Shown here: positions 1-10,003 of the stretch, piece by piece
Position numbering within the stretch: the stretch's first letter is position 1
How the letters are laid out: every line of letters begins with the position of its first letter
Assembly: GCA_011364965.1 (NCBI GenBank)
Contig: RDOB01000002.1
Location: forward strand, 1 to 64,000
Reading direction: 5' to 3'
DNA: 64,000 nucleotides
Source of the DNA: Candidatus Heimdallarchaeota archaeon
Lineage (GTDB): Archaea; Asgardarchaeota; Heimdallarchaeia; Hodarchaeales; Hodarchaeaceae
Translations under genes and position numbers: made by a program
Notes under the pieces: generated by a model
What the model was told of the DNA's origin: nothing
Databases searched by the model: none
Seen by the model: the letters and a program-made list of their open reading frames with translations, nothing else

Positions 1-1
1 T

Positions 2-571
2 GCTCTTGTTAATGGATTAGGACTTTCGCTACTTCTACCGATTTCTGCACTGTTTTTAGAGGATTTTTATCTTCTAGATCCTGGGGATATCGCTCTGATT
101 ATAGGTGTGATTGGGGTCTTCTCTCTCTTCGGGGCACCAGCGGGTGGATGGATAAGTGACAATTTAGGGAAAAAAATTACTGTTTGGAGTACAGGGATAC
201 TTGGTGGCATCTTAATGTTAGTAATGGGTTTCCAGATGCCTCTCTTAGTTTTAATTTTCCTCTTTACTCTAAGAAGATTCTTCTTTAGTATCCTGTCTCC
301 CTCTTTTAGATCATTGCAAAGCGTTTTAACTCCCGAAGCGGTTCGTGGAAAAGAATTTGGAGTTGTTCAAGCAGCGAACAATCTTGGTTCAAGTTTTGGC
401 CCAATTCTAGGTGGTTATCTATATGATATCTTCCTTTCAAGCAATTTTGTAGTCGGATCTTTCCTGTTCTTCGGTGGTGGGGTTCCTTTTGCAGTTTCTG
501 GACTTTTAGCAATTCTAGCAATGGTTTTCGTACTACTTTTTATAAAAGAAAAACCCGTTATTGATCCATAA
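2..571 (+). CDS. MFS transporter, C-terminal part (5' truncated by window)
   Basis: Frame open from base 2; hydrophobic helices; MFS motif-A-like GGWISDNLGKK and RGKEFG loop. Confidence 0.85.
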   Translation, partial: ALVNGLGLSLLLPISALFLEDFYLLDPGDIALIIGVIGVFSLFGAPAGGWISDNLGKKITVWSTGILGGILMLVMGFQMPLLVLIFLFTLRRFFFSILSPSFRSLQSVLTPEAVRGKEFGVVQAANNLGSSFGPILGGYLYDIFLSSNFVVGSFLFFGGGVPFAVSGLLAILAMVFVLLFIKEKPVIDP

Positions 572-587
572 ACCACTTAAAATGTCA

Positions 588-613
588 AAGGAAGAATGTG
601 GTCATTCTTCCTT
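588..613. terminator. Perfect 11-bp hairpin between convergent genes (bidirectional terminator candidate)
   Basis: AAGGAAGAATG-tggt-CATTCTTCCTT between the MFS and thiolase stop codons. Confidence 0.6.
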
Positions 614-616
614 ATT

Positions 617-1795
617 TTATCTCTCAATAACCATAGTCATTGCTTCTCCACCCCCAAGGCAGATTGTTGCTAAGCCTCTTTTTCCGTTCCTTTTAACTAA
701 TTCATGATACAAGGTTACAATGATCCTTGAACCTGAGCAACCAAGGGGATGTCCAAGGGCAACAGCTCCTCCATTTACGTTGAATTTTTCATCCGGAATG
801 TTAAAACTATTTCTTACGGCACAGCTGGCTGATGCAAACGCTTCATTATGTTCAATCAGATCAAAGTCTTTAATTGAAAAGCCAGTCTTTGCAAAAAGCT
901 GTTTAACTCCTTCTACTGGTGCTTCCATTACCCATTCGGGACGAGTTGCATTTGTATTATAGGGGCCGATTTTAGCTAAGATTGGTATTCCTTTTTCTTT
1001 TGCAAAATCTTCTGACATCACTACTACAGCGCTTGCCCCATCAGATATTTGAGATGCATTTCCTGCTGTTATTTTTCCATCTTTTTTAAATACTGGTGGT
1101 AATTTGCTTAAAGCTTCTATATTTGTGTCTGATCTGATCCCCTCATCCTTTTCAATTAAGATTGTTCCTTTTTTTCGATCTTTTAATTCTACTGGTACGA
1201 TTTCATCTTTAAATTTACCTTGTTGGGAGGCTTCATGTGCACGTTTATGAGATCTACAAGCAAATTCATCCATTTCTTGACGAGAAATATTAAATCTTTC
1301 TGCTATAATGTCACCAGTATTCCCCATTGCCATATCATTATAGATATCATACAGACCATCGCGATACATTGCATCGAATACTTGACTATTACCGAATCGA
1401 TATCCTTGGCGGCCATTCATTAATAAATAAGGTGACATGGTCATATTTTCCGTTCCACCTGCAACCACTACTTGCATATCCCCAAGCTTAATCATTTGTG
1501 CAGCCCACATAATTGCTGCCATACCGGACCCACAGACTTTATTTACTGTGATTGCCCCAGTAGAATACGGGAGATCGGCATAAATTGCACATTGTCTAGC
1601 GGTATTTTGTGCACACCCCGCTTGAATTACTTGTCCCATAATTACATGATTAACTTCGTTTGAGTCAATTTTAGATCTCAGAATCGCGTTCCTAATTGCA
1701 ATAGCACCTAGATTGGCGGCTGAGAAATTGGAAAACGCTCCCATCAGTTTACCCATGGGAGTTCTGACTAGTGACGTTATAACTGCTGAATTCAA
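617..1795 (-). CDS. Acetyl-CoA C-acyltransferase (thiolase)
   Basis: NKVCGSG (catalytic Cys), NEAF, GHPLG, CLGGG. Likely TTG start at 1795 behind GAGGT; ORF open to 1840. Confidence 0.93.
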   Translation of the reverse strand: MNSAVITSLVRTPMGKLMGAFSNFSAANLGAIAIRNAILRSKIDSNEVNHVIMGQVIQAGCAQNTARQCAIYADLPYSTGAITVNKVCGSGMAAIMWAAQMIKLGDMQVVVAGGTENMTMSPYLLMNGRQGYRFGNSQVFDAMYRDGLYDIYNDMAMGNTGDIIAERFNISRQEMDEFACRSHKRAHEASQQGKFKDEIVPVELKDRKKGTILIEKDEGIRSDTNIEALSKLPPVFKKDGKITAGNASQISDGASAVVVMSEDFAKEKGIPILAKIGPYNTNATRPEWVMEAPVEGVKQLFAKTGFSIKDFDLIEHNEAFASASCAVRNSFNIPDEKFNVNGGAVALGHPLGCSGSRIIVTLYHELVKRNGKRGLATICLGGGEAMTMVIER

Positions 1796-2323
1796 TGAAT
1801 TTACCTCAAAACTAACTTTATTAAAGCTTCTAGTGCCCAATTCTAGGACAACTAGGTGAAATTAGTCCTAACCTAACGATGAAATAAAGGTGAATCCTTA
1901 TCTTAGGCATCTATTTGTAATTAAGAATAAATTTATTAGAATTAGCATTAGAGTAAATTATCCTATAATCTCCTTAAAATAAATGACCTTCTGTTAATCA
2001 TCAATGAAACACAGAAGAGATTGGGAGTAGGAAATTTTTTATTATTTAGCTATTTTAATGCAATTAGATTCTATTCTAATATAGTTTGACAATGTTCTCT
2101 TCATCAAATCCTATACTATATGAGATTCATTCCAGAAGCTTCTTAAGGTGAATAATCTATTCCATTTCTATCTTCTTTATCTAAAGCTAGGAAAAGGAGT
2201 ACATTTATAAAGATGAATTTCGCTAAGTGACGAAACTAAACTCTAATTCATTTTTATAAAATAAATTGTACAATTTATAGCTTTAGAGGTCGGGATTAAA
2301 ACTCAAGATTAAGTGATCACGGA

Positions 2324-3013
2324 ATGAGTAGTAGTAGAGGAACGTCTCGCGGAGGTATTGCAGGCCAAAAGCTCCGTGCCAAGATTGTTTTAATAGGTGA
2401 CGGCGGGGTTGGTAAAACAGCTTTACGGCGCGCCTATTTAGGCGAGGGTTTTAAAACTGAGTACCTTATGACTATAGGAGCCGATTTCGCAAGCAAAGAT
2501 GTAACAGTATATTATCCAGAAACGAAAGAAACTTATGATTTGAAACTTCAAATCTGGGATCTTGCTGGCCAGCCCCGTTTCAAGGCTGTTCGCGATTTAT
2601 ATTACCGTGGTGCTATTGGAGCTCTCTGTTTTTTTGATATTACCAATCAAGAGTCATACATGAACTTAGTTGAATGGATTCAAAGTTTTTGGAATTTGAA
2701 TGGGCACGGGAAGCAATCACTTATCATTGTAGGCGCAAAATGCGATCTTAGAGATAATCCTGCGTTTCCAGCTCAGGTTTCTGCCCATTATGGAAAAGAG
2801 TATGCTGCTGAACTCACCAAGATGCTTAAACACAAGTACGGATTCACTGTTCACTATTTGGAAACATCTGCTAAGGATGATATTAATGTAGAAGAGGCAT
2901 TCAAACTCCTTGCCTTGGAAATTATATCAAGTTATTATTTCCAAGAAAAAAAAAGGAATGACAGGAAAACTAGTCAAAAAAAAATGATAACGGATCAAAT
3001 TCGGTCTAAGTAA
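2324..3013 (+). CDS. Rab/Ras-like small GTPase (Asgard eukaryotic signature protein)
   Basis: G1 GDGGVGKT, G2 TIGADF, G3 WDLAGQ, YYRGA, G4 variant AKCD, G5 ETSAK; no CAAX. Confidence 0.92.
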   Translation: MSSSRGTSRGGIAGQKLRAKIVLIGDGGVGKTALRRAYLGEGFKTEYLMTIGADFASKDVTVYYPETKETYDLKLQIWDLAGQPRFKAVRDLYYRGAIGALCFFDITNQESYMNLVEWIQSFWNLNGHGKQSLIIVGAKCDLRDNPAFPAQVSAHYGKEYAAELTKMLKHKYGFTVHYLETSAKDDINVEEAFKLLALEIISSYYFQEKKRNDRKTSQKKMITDQIRSK

Positions 3014-3215
3014 CCTTTTTTTCCTTGGTTCTTTTGCTTTTCACTACCTATCTGAAATGTTTTCACATTCTTAACCAAAAATCAAAATAAAGAATATATT
3101 CAAGTTTCTTCTAAAAAACACCTTTTATACGTTCTATTGGTTCTATCTATAAATTCGGACTTTATTATATCTACATTTTTTTTGGGGTTTTTTGTAATTA
3201 TTTTTTGGACAGAAC

Positions 3216-3228
3216 ATAACCCCATAAG
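3216..3228 (+). promoter_or_regulatory. Putative operator ATAACCCCATAAG, left half of an imperfect inverted repeat, upstream of the acyl-CoA dehydrogenase operon
   Basis: 12/13 match to 6444-6456 upstream of the functionally linked Fe-S oxidoreductase. Confidence 0.35.
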
Positions 3229-3292
3229 AATTTTATGAGGGTAACTCTTTTGTCGAATATAATTTTCTAAGCTGTGTCAGGTTGAAATGTAA

Positions 3293-4522
3293 ATGAAACA
3301 AATCATGAAGATATTGAATAATTATAGTTTTAACAAGGAGGAGCAAGAACAAAATCAAATGATTCTTGATATGGTTTTTGAACTTGCTATGAATGAAATT
3401 ATTGAGAAAGAACAAGACTGGGATGAGGAGGGTGCCAAATTCGATCCTGAGACCAAAAAAGTTTATTATCCTTCAGGTATGATGGATCTTTATAAGAAAT
3501 GCCAACAGAATGACCTATTCTCAATAATTGTCCCTGAGAAGTATAATGGTTTTGAACTTAGCTATACGCTGTGGACCGCATTAATTGAAATTATGGCTCG
3601 TGCATCTCTTGCGTTTTCAATGTTTTTCCCTAGTCAAGGATTAAATATTGAAATAATCAAAAATTTCGGTACACCCGAAGCAAAGGAAAAATATCTTCCT
3701 TTACTTGGCAGTGGAGATGCTATTGGAGCAATGGCGTTCTCTGAGCCGAATGCTGGATCAGATATATCTGCTGTTTCAACTAAAGCTGAAAAAGAAGGAA
3801 ATTCATATTATCTAACTGGGAATAAGATTTGGTTGTCCCATGGAGGTGCTGCTGGTACCTATATCACTTTTGCAGTTACGGATAAAACAGCAGGTCCTAG
3901 AGGACTAAGTGCATTTATTATTGATCCAAAAATCGCTGGTGATGCTCTCGAAGTTGTACGGATCGAAGAAAAAATGGGATTACACGGATCAATAACTTCA
4001 CAGGTCGCTTTAGATCGTGCAGAGGTTCCTAAGGAAAACCTTTTAGGAGCTGAAAACGATGGATTTCGATTGATTTTAGGAAGTTTGGCATCCAGTAGGA
4101 TTGGTATAGCTGCACAAGCAGTTGGTATAATGGAAACTGCTCTTCAAGAAAGTATTAATTATTCCTTGCAACGTACGCAGTTCGGAAAACCCATTGGACA
4201 TCATCAAGCGATTTCATTTAAATTAGCTGATATGGCAAGCCTTGTTCACCAGTCTAGACTTCTCTATCTAGATACAGCTCAAATGAAACATCGTGGAGAG
4301 GATACACGCGTTGAATCTTCTGTTGCAAAGTATGCTACAACTGAAGCTGCCCAAAGTGTGACATATCATGCAGTTCAAATTCATGGGGGTTATGGATATT
4401 CCCGCGAATATCGAGTTGAACGTTTATTTAGGGATGCTAGAGTTCTAACCATCTATGAGGGAACCTCTGAAATGCAGAAAACAATTATTTCAAGAGGAGC
4501 ATTGTCTCGTGCTGAGAAATAA
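3293..4522 (+). CDS. Acyl-CoA dehydrogenase
   Basis: AFSEPNAGSD, GNKIW, EEKMGLHGS, RTQFGKPI, QIHGGYGY, IYEGTSE. Confidence 0.95.
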   Translation: MKQIMKILNNYSFNKEEQEQNQMILDMVFELAMNEIIEKEQDWDEEGAKFDPETKKVYYPSGMMDLYKKCQQNDLFSIIVPEKYNGFELSYTLWTALIEIMARASLAFSMFFPSQGLNIEIIKNFGTPEAKEKYLPLLGSGDAIGAMAFSEPNAGSDISAVSTKAEKEGNSYYLTGNKIWLSHGGAAGTYITFAVTDKTAGPRGLSAFIIDPKIAGDALEVVRIEEKMGLHGSITSQVALDRAEVPKENLLGAENDGFRLILGSLASSRIGIAAQAVGIMETALQESINYSLQRTQFGKPIGHHQAISFKLADMASLVHQSRLLYLDTAQMKHRGEDTRVESSVAKYATTEAAQSVTYHAVQIHGGYGYSREYRVERLFRDARVLTIYEGTSEMQKTIISRGALSRAEK

Positions 4523-4542
4523 AAAGTTTTTGAGGTGAAAAT

Positions 4543-5343
4543 ATGAATATATTAGTTTTTGTAAAGGCAACTATTGATCGTAATGCTCCTCTCGATCCTG
4601 ATGAGATTTTTCCAGGAGATCGAGATGATAAAGCAGATATTATGACCAACAATTACGATAAGCATGCAATAGAGGCAGCTTTACGTATTGTTGAGGAAAA
4701 AGGTGAAGGAAAGGTCACTGCTGTTTGCCTTGGTTCTGATATGGCTGATAAAGTAGTAAAGGAAGCTATAGCTATGGGTTGTCATGGAGCCATAAGGATC
4801 GAGAATTCTGAAACAGAAATAACCAATTTTTTCTCTGTAGCTAAGATATTGGCTGCTGCTGCTAAAAAGATTGGTGAATACGACCTTTTGCTATTTGGAA
4901 TGCAATCCTACGATTTTGGTACTGCAACTATGGCTCCAATGGTATCAGAATTTCTCAATCTCCCTGTTGCGTGCTGGGTTGAAAAAGTGCTAGTTGAAGG
5001 TAACAAATTAAGAGTTGAAAAGGTCATAGAAGGTGGTACGAGATCAATGGAATTACAATTACCAGCTGTTCTAAGTATTGCCAGTACTGGTGACTATGAA
5101 GAACCTCGATATACAAGTGTTCGACGGATTATGACAGCTAGCAAAACAGAAGTACCTGTATGGGAGATAGACGAGCTGAATGTCGGTAATTATGAACCTA
5201 ATGTCAAATTTGATGACATAGAAAAACCTCCTGCTCGTGCAGAGAAGTGTGCCATCTTTAGCGACGGAGATCCAGCAGAAATGGTTAGTGAATTAGTTTC
5301 TACCCTTAAAGATAAGGGATTGAACTTGGGAGCTTTCAAATGA
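4543..5343 (+). CDS. etfB: Electron transfer flavoprotein beta subunit
   Basis: NNYDKHAIEAALR, AIAMG, EPRY; GAGGTGA RBS; followed by etfA. Confidence 0.92.
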   Translation: MNILVFVKATIDRNAPLDPDEIFPGDRDDKADIMTNNYDKHAIEAALRIVEEKGEGKVTAVCLGSDMADKVVKEAIAMGCHGAIRIENSETEITNFFSVAKILAAAAKKIGEYDLLLFGMQSYDFGTATMAPMVSEFLNLPVACWVEKVLVEGNKLRVEKVIEGGTRSMELQLPAVLSIASTGDYEEPRYTSVRRIMTASKTEVPVWEIDELNVGNYEPNVKFDDIEKPPARAEKCAIFSDGDPAEMVSELVSTLKDKGLNLGAFK

Positions 5344-5354
5344 GGTGAAAATAA

Positions 5355-6320
5355 ATGTCGAAGATTCTAATAATAGTTGAAACCGCGAAAGGAAATATCG
5401 TAGGGATTACTAAAGAGTGCATATCAACTGCTAGGCAATTAGCTGTAGATTTATCTGCTGAGCTTGAAGGTGTACTATTAGGACATGAGGTTGCAGATCT
5501 TGCAGTTGAGGCTACAAAATATGGATTGAAAAAGATTTACAAGATTGATGATCCACAGTTAGCTGGAGTGAATATTCTCTATCATACCAGAACATTAGAA
5601 GCTCTCATTAAAGAATTAGATCCTAAGATCGTTATTGCTGGAGCAAGTTTGTATGGTCAAGAGTTAATGCCTAGACTTGCTGCTAGATTTAATAGTGCAA
5701 TGTTTCCTTCTGTGAAAAAGTTGAAAATCGATGGAGATGAGCTTGAAGCTACTCATGCTCTTTTTGAAGAAAAACTTTTTGCAGAAATGGAAGGTGGCTT
5801 GGCAAATCTTAATTTCATTACCGTTGCAAGTGGGAATACTGCTGAAGCAGAACGAGATGACTCTTTGACAGGTGAAATAGCTGAATTTTCCCCAGTAATA
5901 GAAGATAGCGATAGAAGAGAAGTATTTGTAGAGGAAAAGATCGCAAAAGTATCTGTTGATATCACAAAAGCTAAACTTCTGGTCTCAGGTGGCCGGGGTG
6001 TAGGTAGCAAAGAGAAATTCGCGATTATCTTTGAATCTGCTAAACAAATGGGTGGGGAAGTTGGTGCTAGCCGAGCAGCTGTAGATGCAGGTTGGGTACC
6101 CTATGATCATGAGATTGGCCAAACTGGTAAATCAGTTACTCCTGATTTCTATATAGCGTGTGGAATATCTGGTGCTATTCAACATCTTGTAGGAATGCGT
6201 AATTCTAAAACGATTATTGCTATCAATACAGATGAGGAAGCCCCCATTCTAGAAGTAGCTCATTATGCTATCATCGGGGATCTCCACGAAGTTCTACCCG
6301 AGCTAACCAAAAGGATCTGA
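5355..6320 (+). CDS. etfA: Electron transfer flavoprotein alpha subunit
   Basis: SGGRG, GASRAAVDAGW, IGQTGK, GISGAIQH, AINTD. Confidence 0.95.
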   Translation: MSKILIIVETAKGNIVGITKECISTARQLAVDLSAELEGVLLGHEVADLAVEATKYGLKKIYKIDDPQLAGVNILYHTRTLEALIKELDPKIVIAGASLYGQELMPRLAARFNSAMFPSVKKLKIDGDELEATHALFEEKLFAEMEGGLANLNFITVASGNTAEAERDDSLTGEIAEFSPVIEDSDRREVFVEEKIAKVSVDITKAKLLVSGGRGVGSKEKFAIIFESAKQMGGEVGASRAAVDAGWVPYDHEIGQTGKSVTPDFYIACGISGAIQHLVGMRNSKTIIAINTDEEAPILEVAHYAIIGDLHEVLPELTKRI

Positions 6321-6443
6321 ACTTCTCCTTTCTTCTTTTTTTATTTCTTTAGAGGTCATTATAATTCTTTCATATGCTTATTTTCAGTACAAATTTTGTT
6401 CGTTTTCTCCTCAATTGAATTATTTTACAGTTACTTTTTGGTT

Positions 6444-6456
6444 ATAACCCAATAAG
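6444..6456 (+). promoter_or_regulatory. Putative operator ATAACCCAATAAG
   Basis: Near-identical to 3216-3228; overlaps the palindrome GGTTATAACC. Confidence 0.35.
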
Positions 6457-6633
6457 TTGAAATATTACTCGAATGAAGAAGGTTTCAGTTCTTCAATGGC
6501 GATAAAAAGAGGAAATTATTTCTTAATCTGCATATCTGAGCTACTAACATCATAAAAGCAAAAAATTAGCTATAAATTGATTTGAAGAAAGTTTTCCCAT
6601 TATTTCAATAGAAATTGGTCTTAGGGTGTCAAT

Positions 6634-8853
6634 ATGATACAAGAAATTCTCATGATTTTACAAGATTGGTTTTGGACCGCTGGAAGAGATGCATACTGGC
6701 CTCGTGGTATCGAAATTTATGGTGCACAAGTTGGATTCTTAGTTTATATTAGTGCATTGATTGCTATTTTTGCTGTTCTGATTGGAATCTACCGAGGGAT
6801 GAGAGTATGGTTCCATGGAAAATATGATAAAGAAAATCAAGGATTTTTATCTTTTTTATTTTCATTAATCAAGAGAGCACTCAAAAACCTCTTCTCGCTA
6901 TCTTTACCGAAACGTTTGTATTATCTTATCGGAACAGGAATAACCAAACGTAAAAGTATGCCTTGGATAAGTTTCATTGTGCATTCTATGATTATGCTAG
7001 GCTTTCTGGGCACAATTATTGCCACATTGATCTCCACCTCGCATGAATACCTATTTGCGGAGGAACTACTTGTAGGCCCGTTATATATTGCATTTTCTTT
7101 TGCAGTTGATCTAGCGGGATTATTGCTATTCATAGGAACTCTACTTGCAATAGCTCGTCGATATCTTCGTGAAAGAGATTTTTATCCAAGAGCAGGCCTT
7201 GAGGATATGTTTTTATTGTTCCTTCTATTTTGGGTTAGCATTTCTGGATTTTTCATGGAAGCTAGCCGCATTTTATATGGATTAAACAATGTACCTATCA
7301 CTATTCATCATACAGGGGTTATCTTAACTAATATTGATTTTGAAATCTTCTCTTTTATCGGTTATCCTTTAGCTCTAGTCCTACGAGCAATATTCAATCC
7401 TGTAAATTCTCAAATATTTGCAGTGCATCTTTTTTTCTATTTGTCTCACTTATTGGTAGCTTTTACTGGTGCTGCATATCTAGCATATGGAAAATTTTTC
7501 CATATTGGAGTAGGATTAGCAAATATTGTTCTTAATGACATGGAAACTCCCAAAGGAAAATTAACATTCAACTCTGATGGAATTACCAAGATAGAGGATT
7601 TCACGTTTCTGCAACTCTTTGAAGCTTCTGCTTGTATGAAATGTCATTTTTGTCATAACTATTGTCCAGCACAGGACACTGGGGAACCTCTTTCTCCTCT
7701 AAAGGTCGTTCAGGATGTAAAGAATTGGGGAAAGAAGCAATATGGATTTATAAGATCTAGGAAAAATGTTCCTATTCTAGGGGAGAATCAAGAAAAATCT
7801 GGTTTAACAGAAGAGGTTTTATGGGCATGCGTAACATGTTATGCATGTGTAAATTCTTGTCCCCATTTAATTAAACATGTAAATATGATCGTAGGAATGC
7901 GTGCAGCCTTGATTGAGGAAGGATGTGTTCCTGGAACCTATACAACAATGCTAGAAAGCGTATATAATTATGGAAATATCTGGAACCAACCAAAGCGAGA
8001 CCGTATTAACTGGTTGAAAGAGGGAAATTTACCCAAAATCAAAGACTCCGATACCAAATTGCTTTGGTTACCTGGCGATACTTTGGCTTATGATCCTAGA
8101 AACCAGCGTGTGGCTCGTGCGACCTATGAAATTTTTCAAAGGGCAGGATTGGATTACGGAACCTTTGGTGATGCGGAGAAGAACGATGGGAACGAGATGC
8201 GACGCTTAGGAGAAGAAGCATTATTCCAGATGTTAGCAGAGGAAAATATTAAAATGTTCAAAAAGCGAGATGTCAAGAGAATCGTTTGTTCGTCTCCACA
8301 TGCTTTCAATACAATCAAGAATGAGTATTCTGAGTTTGGTGGGAATTTTGATGTTGTTCATATCTCTCAACTGATATTAGAATTAATAGAGGATGGAAGA
8401 ATAAAATTTACAAAAAAATTGAATTATGATATTACTTATCATGATCCCTGCTACTTGGGACGATATAATAATGTCTATGAGGCTCCGAGAAAAATCCTAG
8501 GGAAATTATTAGGTGTTCGCATGAAAGAAATGCCTCAGAATCGTAAATTTTCTTATTGTTGTGGCGGAGGAGGTGGAGGAATGTTTCGCGAGACGCCTGA
8601 ATGGGTTAAAACCCGTATTTCGGAAAAACGCGTCATTGAAGCAAAAGGAACATTAGACTCGATCAATGAAGTAAATGGAGAAACCGTAAAGGCTCAAAAG
8701 GTTTTAGTAACAGCCTGTCCATTCTGTACAAGCATGTTAACTGATGCAACAAAAACACAGCAGTTAGAACAAGACATCATTGTCAAGGATATTGTTGAAC
8801 TTGTCCTTGAATCAATGGGTGATCTACCTTTTTCAACCTATAGTTTCACTTAG
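6634..8853 (+). CDS. Membrane Fe-S oxidoreductase, FadF/HdrD-like (probable ETF:quinone oxidoreductase)
   Basis: NarI-like N-terminal TM domain, two CxxCxxCxxxCP motifs, YHDPC, CCGGGGG, TACPFC; follows etfBA. Confidence 0.88.
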   Translation: MIQEILMILQDWFWTAGRDAYWPRGIEIYGAQVGFLVYISALIAIFAVLIGIYRGMRVWFHGKYDKENQGFLSFLFSLIKRALKNLFSLSLPKRLYYLIGTGITKRKSMPWISFIVHSMIMLGFLGTIIATLISTSHEYLFAEELLVGPLYIAFSFAVDLAGLLLFIGTLLAIARRYLRERDFYPRAGLEDMFLLFLLFWVSISGFFMEASRILYGLNNVPITIHHTGVILTNIDFEIFSFIGYPLALVLRAIFNPVNSQIFAVHLFFYLSHLLVAFTGAAYLAYGKFFHIGVGLANIVLNDMETPKGKLTFNSDGITKIEDFTFLQLFEASACMKCHFCHNYCPAQDTGEPLSPLKVVQDVKNWGKKQYGFIRSRKNVPILGENQEKSGLTEEVLWACVTCYACVNSCPHLIKHVNMIVGMRAALIEEGCVPGTYTTMLESVYNYGNIWNQPKRDRINWLKEGNLPKIKDSDTKLLWLPGDTLAYDPRNQRVARATYEIFQRAGLDYGTFGDAEKNDGNEMRRLGEEALFQMLAEENIKMFKKRDVKRIVCSSPHAFNTIKNEYSEFGGNFDVVHISQLILELIEDGRIKFTKKLNYDITYHDPCYLGRYNNVYEAPRKILGKLLGVRMKEMPQNRKFSYCCGGGGGGMFRETPEWVKTRISEKRVIEAKGTLDSINEVNGETVKAQKVLVTACPFCTSMLTDATKTQQLEQDIIVKDIVELVLESMGDLPFSTYSFT

Positions 8854-8948
8854 CTTTCTCGTCTTTCTATTTCCCCAATGAACATCTTGGAAAAATTCAA
8901 AAAATCTCTTTCTTATAAAATATAAGAACATTTTTTAAGGCGATAGGA

Positions 8949-9905
8949 ATGAAAGAGTATTTCATGGTCGTAAATCCAACCGCTGCAGGCGGAAGAGTCC
9001 ATACACAATGGACGGAGAAGATTAAACCGTTATTAGACGAAAAACACATTGAATATGATTTTCAACTTACAGAAAATCCCTTACAGGCTATTGATATCGC
9101 TCGTACAAAAGTGAATGAGGGGTATAAAATAATTTGTTCAGTGGGTGGAGATGGTACGGCCAATGAAGTCGTTAATGGAATCTTGAAAGCTGAGAAACCA
9201 GGAATTTTTTCTGCGTTTGCGATTGGAACTGGTAATGATATCCCTACTACATATGGCATTCCTGAAATGGATATCGAGGCAGCTTTTGATTGTTTAATAA
9301 ACGGAATGGACAAGAAATTCGATATTGGCTACTGTGAAAAAGCTGATCGTTATTTCGTTGGTGTTGCTTCCATGGGATTCGATGCAGAGGTTGCTAATCG
9401 TGTTAACAAAGGGAGTAAAAAGCGATCAGGAACTCGAAACTATCAAATTGCTATAATTGAGACTTTGGTTAAATTTAAACCTTATGAGCTAGTTATTACC
9501 CCAGATAATGACCCTCCTATCACTGGTCCTCGTATGCTCTTAGCTATTGGTAATGGGAAACGGTATGGCGCTGGGATGCACGTTTGCCCTTCTGCTGAAA
9601 TCACAGATGGTAAGTTTGCTGGAGCTACGATGTTAAAGATTAACCGAATAGGATTGTTAAGACTCTTTCCAAAAGTCTACGATGGGAAACATATAGGACA
9701 TAAAAAAGTGCAAACATTTACTGGAACGGAAGTATATGTTGATTCTCCTAAGAAAAAATGTCTTTATCAGGTTGATGGGGAAATTTTGGGTTATTTACCA
9801 GAGAGATTCATTACTAAACCTAATTTTGTTACAGTAAGAGTTCCGAATCCCTGGAGATCATATTCCGAAATATGGCAAGAGAAATTGACAAAAAAATCAA
9901 AATAG
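8949..9905 (+). CDS. Diacylglycerol/sphingosine kinase family lipid kinase
   Basis: NPTAAGG, GGDGT, GTGND, GFDA, YGAG, QVDGE. Confidence 0.9.
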   Translation: MKEYFMVVNPTAAGGRVHTQWTEKIKPLLDEKHIEYDFQLTENPLQAIDIARTKVNEGYKIICSVGGDGTANEVVNGILKAEKPGIFSAFAIGTGNDIPTTYGIPEMDIEAAFDCLINGMDKKFDIGYCEKADRYFVGVASMGFDAEVANRVNKGSKKRSGTRNYQIAIIETLVKFKPYELVITPDNDPPITGPRMLLAIGNGKRYGAGMHVCPSAEITDGKFAGATMLKINRIGLLRLFPKVYDGKHIGHKKVQTFTGTEVYVDSPKKKCLYQVDGEILGYLPERFITKPNFVTVRVPNPWRSYSEIWQEKLTKKSK

Positions 9906-10003
9906 AAGAAATTTAAATTTGATGTTTTTGACGAGAATTATAATATTGAAAGGAATATATTCTCTCTAAATGAGTTATAAATATATTTTTTGGTGAAGAA
10001 TTA

